A stretch of DNA of 64,000 bases from Octopus sinensis (lineage: Eukaryota): positions 26,102,001-26,166,000 of the forward strand of contig NC_043021.1 in the NCBI RefSeq assembly GCF_006345805.1, read 5' to 3'. The position numbers were made by a program, and so were the translations under genes. The notes under the pieces are model-generated. The model had not been told where the DNA came from and ran no database searches. It saw only the letters and a program-made list of their open reading frames with translations. Positions 63,249 through 64,000 of the stretch are shown piece after piece. Within the stretch, counting starts at the first letter, position 1. The number at the start of each line of letters is the position of its first letter.

Positions 63249-64000
63249 AGGGACATGCTGCCTGGGTAGGCAAGGTAGGCAGTGCCTAACCCGAATAAAA
63301 CAGATCAATAGTAACATTTTCTTTTTATGGCAAAATACGCACCAAATTTAATAAAATTATGAAGATTACTCTGATTACTATGCATAAAATACAAAATATT
63401 TTACTTTTTTGTAGATTAGGTAGGCATAAGTTCGACCCTTGCCTTTCAATCTCAGTATTTAAGCTATGTGTAGGACTGCTGTAGTACACATGCTACGTAC
63501 ATTCCTATAACACCGTTTTCTTTACGTGCTAAAAAGGCAAAAGTAAATCTGCCTCCAATTCAGTCGCGTGCCTGTGTTTCATTTGTTTCTTTGTGTGTTT
63601 TACTACATAGACATCACCAACTGCCTACCCTGAATAATTACTGATGGCACACACACACACACACATATATATATATGTAGTGGATCTTGCAGGCATGAAG
63701 CGGATTTGATCCACCTTAGCCAAATTTAAATTAACAATTCAACAGAACTTTTCTCATGGTGGAACAACATTTTTTTCTCTGACAGCAGTTTCACATTTTG
63801 CCAGATTGCCTTTAGTTAGGCCGTAGTAATAATGTGTTCACCACTTGACTCTTATAACTTCTTCTACTTCACCAAAAGCTAGAATAGAGATATCACAGTA
63901 TCACCAACAAAGCCTATTGTTCTCAACGATATGTCTATCCTTCTGGATAGTTATAAAAACAAGAACCCGCAAGCAAAAGACAGTTAGTCACTTTGGTGAG

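Noticed and set aside
62400-64000. Degenerate coding-like stretches, possibly an old LINE endonuclease near 63700-63900
   Set aside because: Too many stops, and similarity too weak to call without an HMM search.

Overview
AT-rich, microsatellite- and SINE-dense eukaryotic DNA. The repeat families look like a coleoid cephalopod (Octopus-like); this is an inference and was not database-checked. The only protein-coding gene I can support is nucleoporin Nup50 on the minus strand. I reconstructed 7 coding exons by hand: 44501-44569, 19595-19678, 18636-19044, 17011-17277, 15450-15546, 12414-12529 and 9729-9955. All junctions are GT-AG and phase-compatible, giving 1269 nt or 422 aa. A 24.8-kb first coding intron holds a CpG-rich promoter-like island, and candidate 5' UTR exons lie further right. 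The rest is transposon-derived: mariner and rosa relics, a piggyBac deletion derivative and related MITEs, hAT MITEs, Helitrons, RTE LINE 3' ends and tRNA-derived SINEs. The most unusual structures are Penelope-type minimal hammerhead ribozyme motifs from at least three families. Two of them sit in young foldback insertions with 12-14 bp target-site duplications, and every copy on the Nup50 sense strand is truncated or mutated. Almost all ORF-track entries are microsatellite or low-complexity artefacts. I found no CRISPR, rRNA or tRNA genes, and no new system I can claim with confidence; the leads below are hypotheses.
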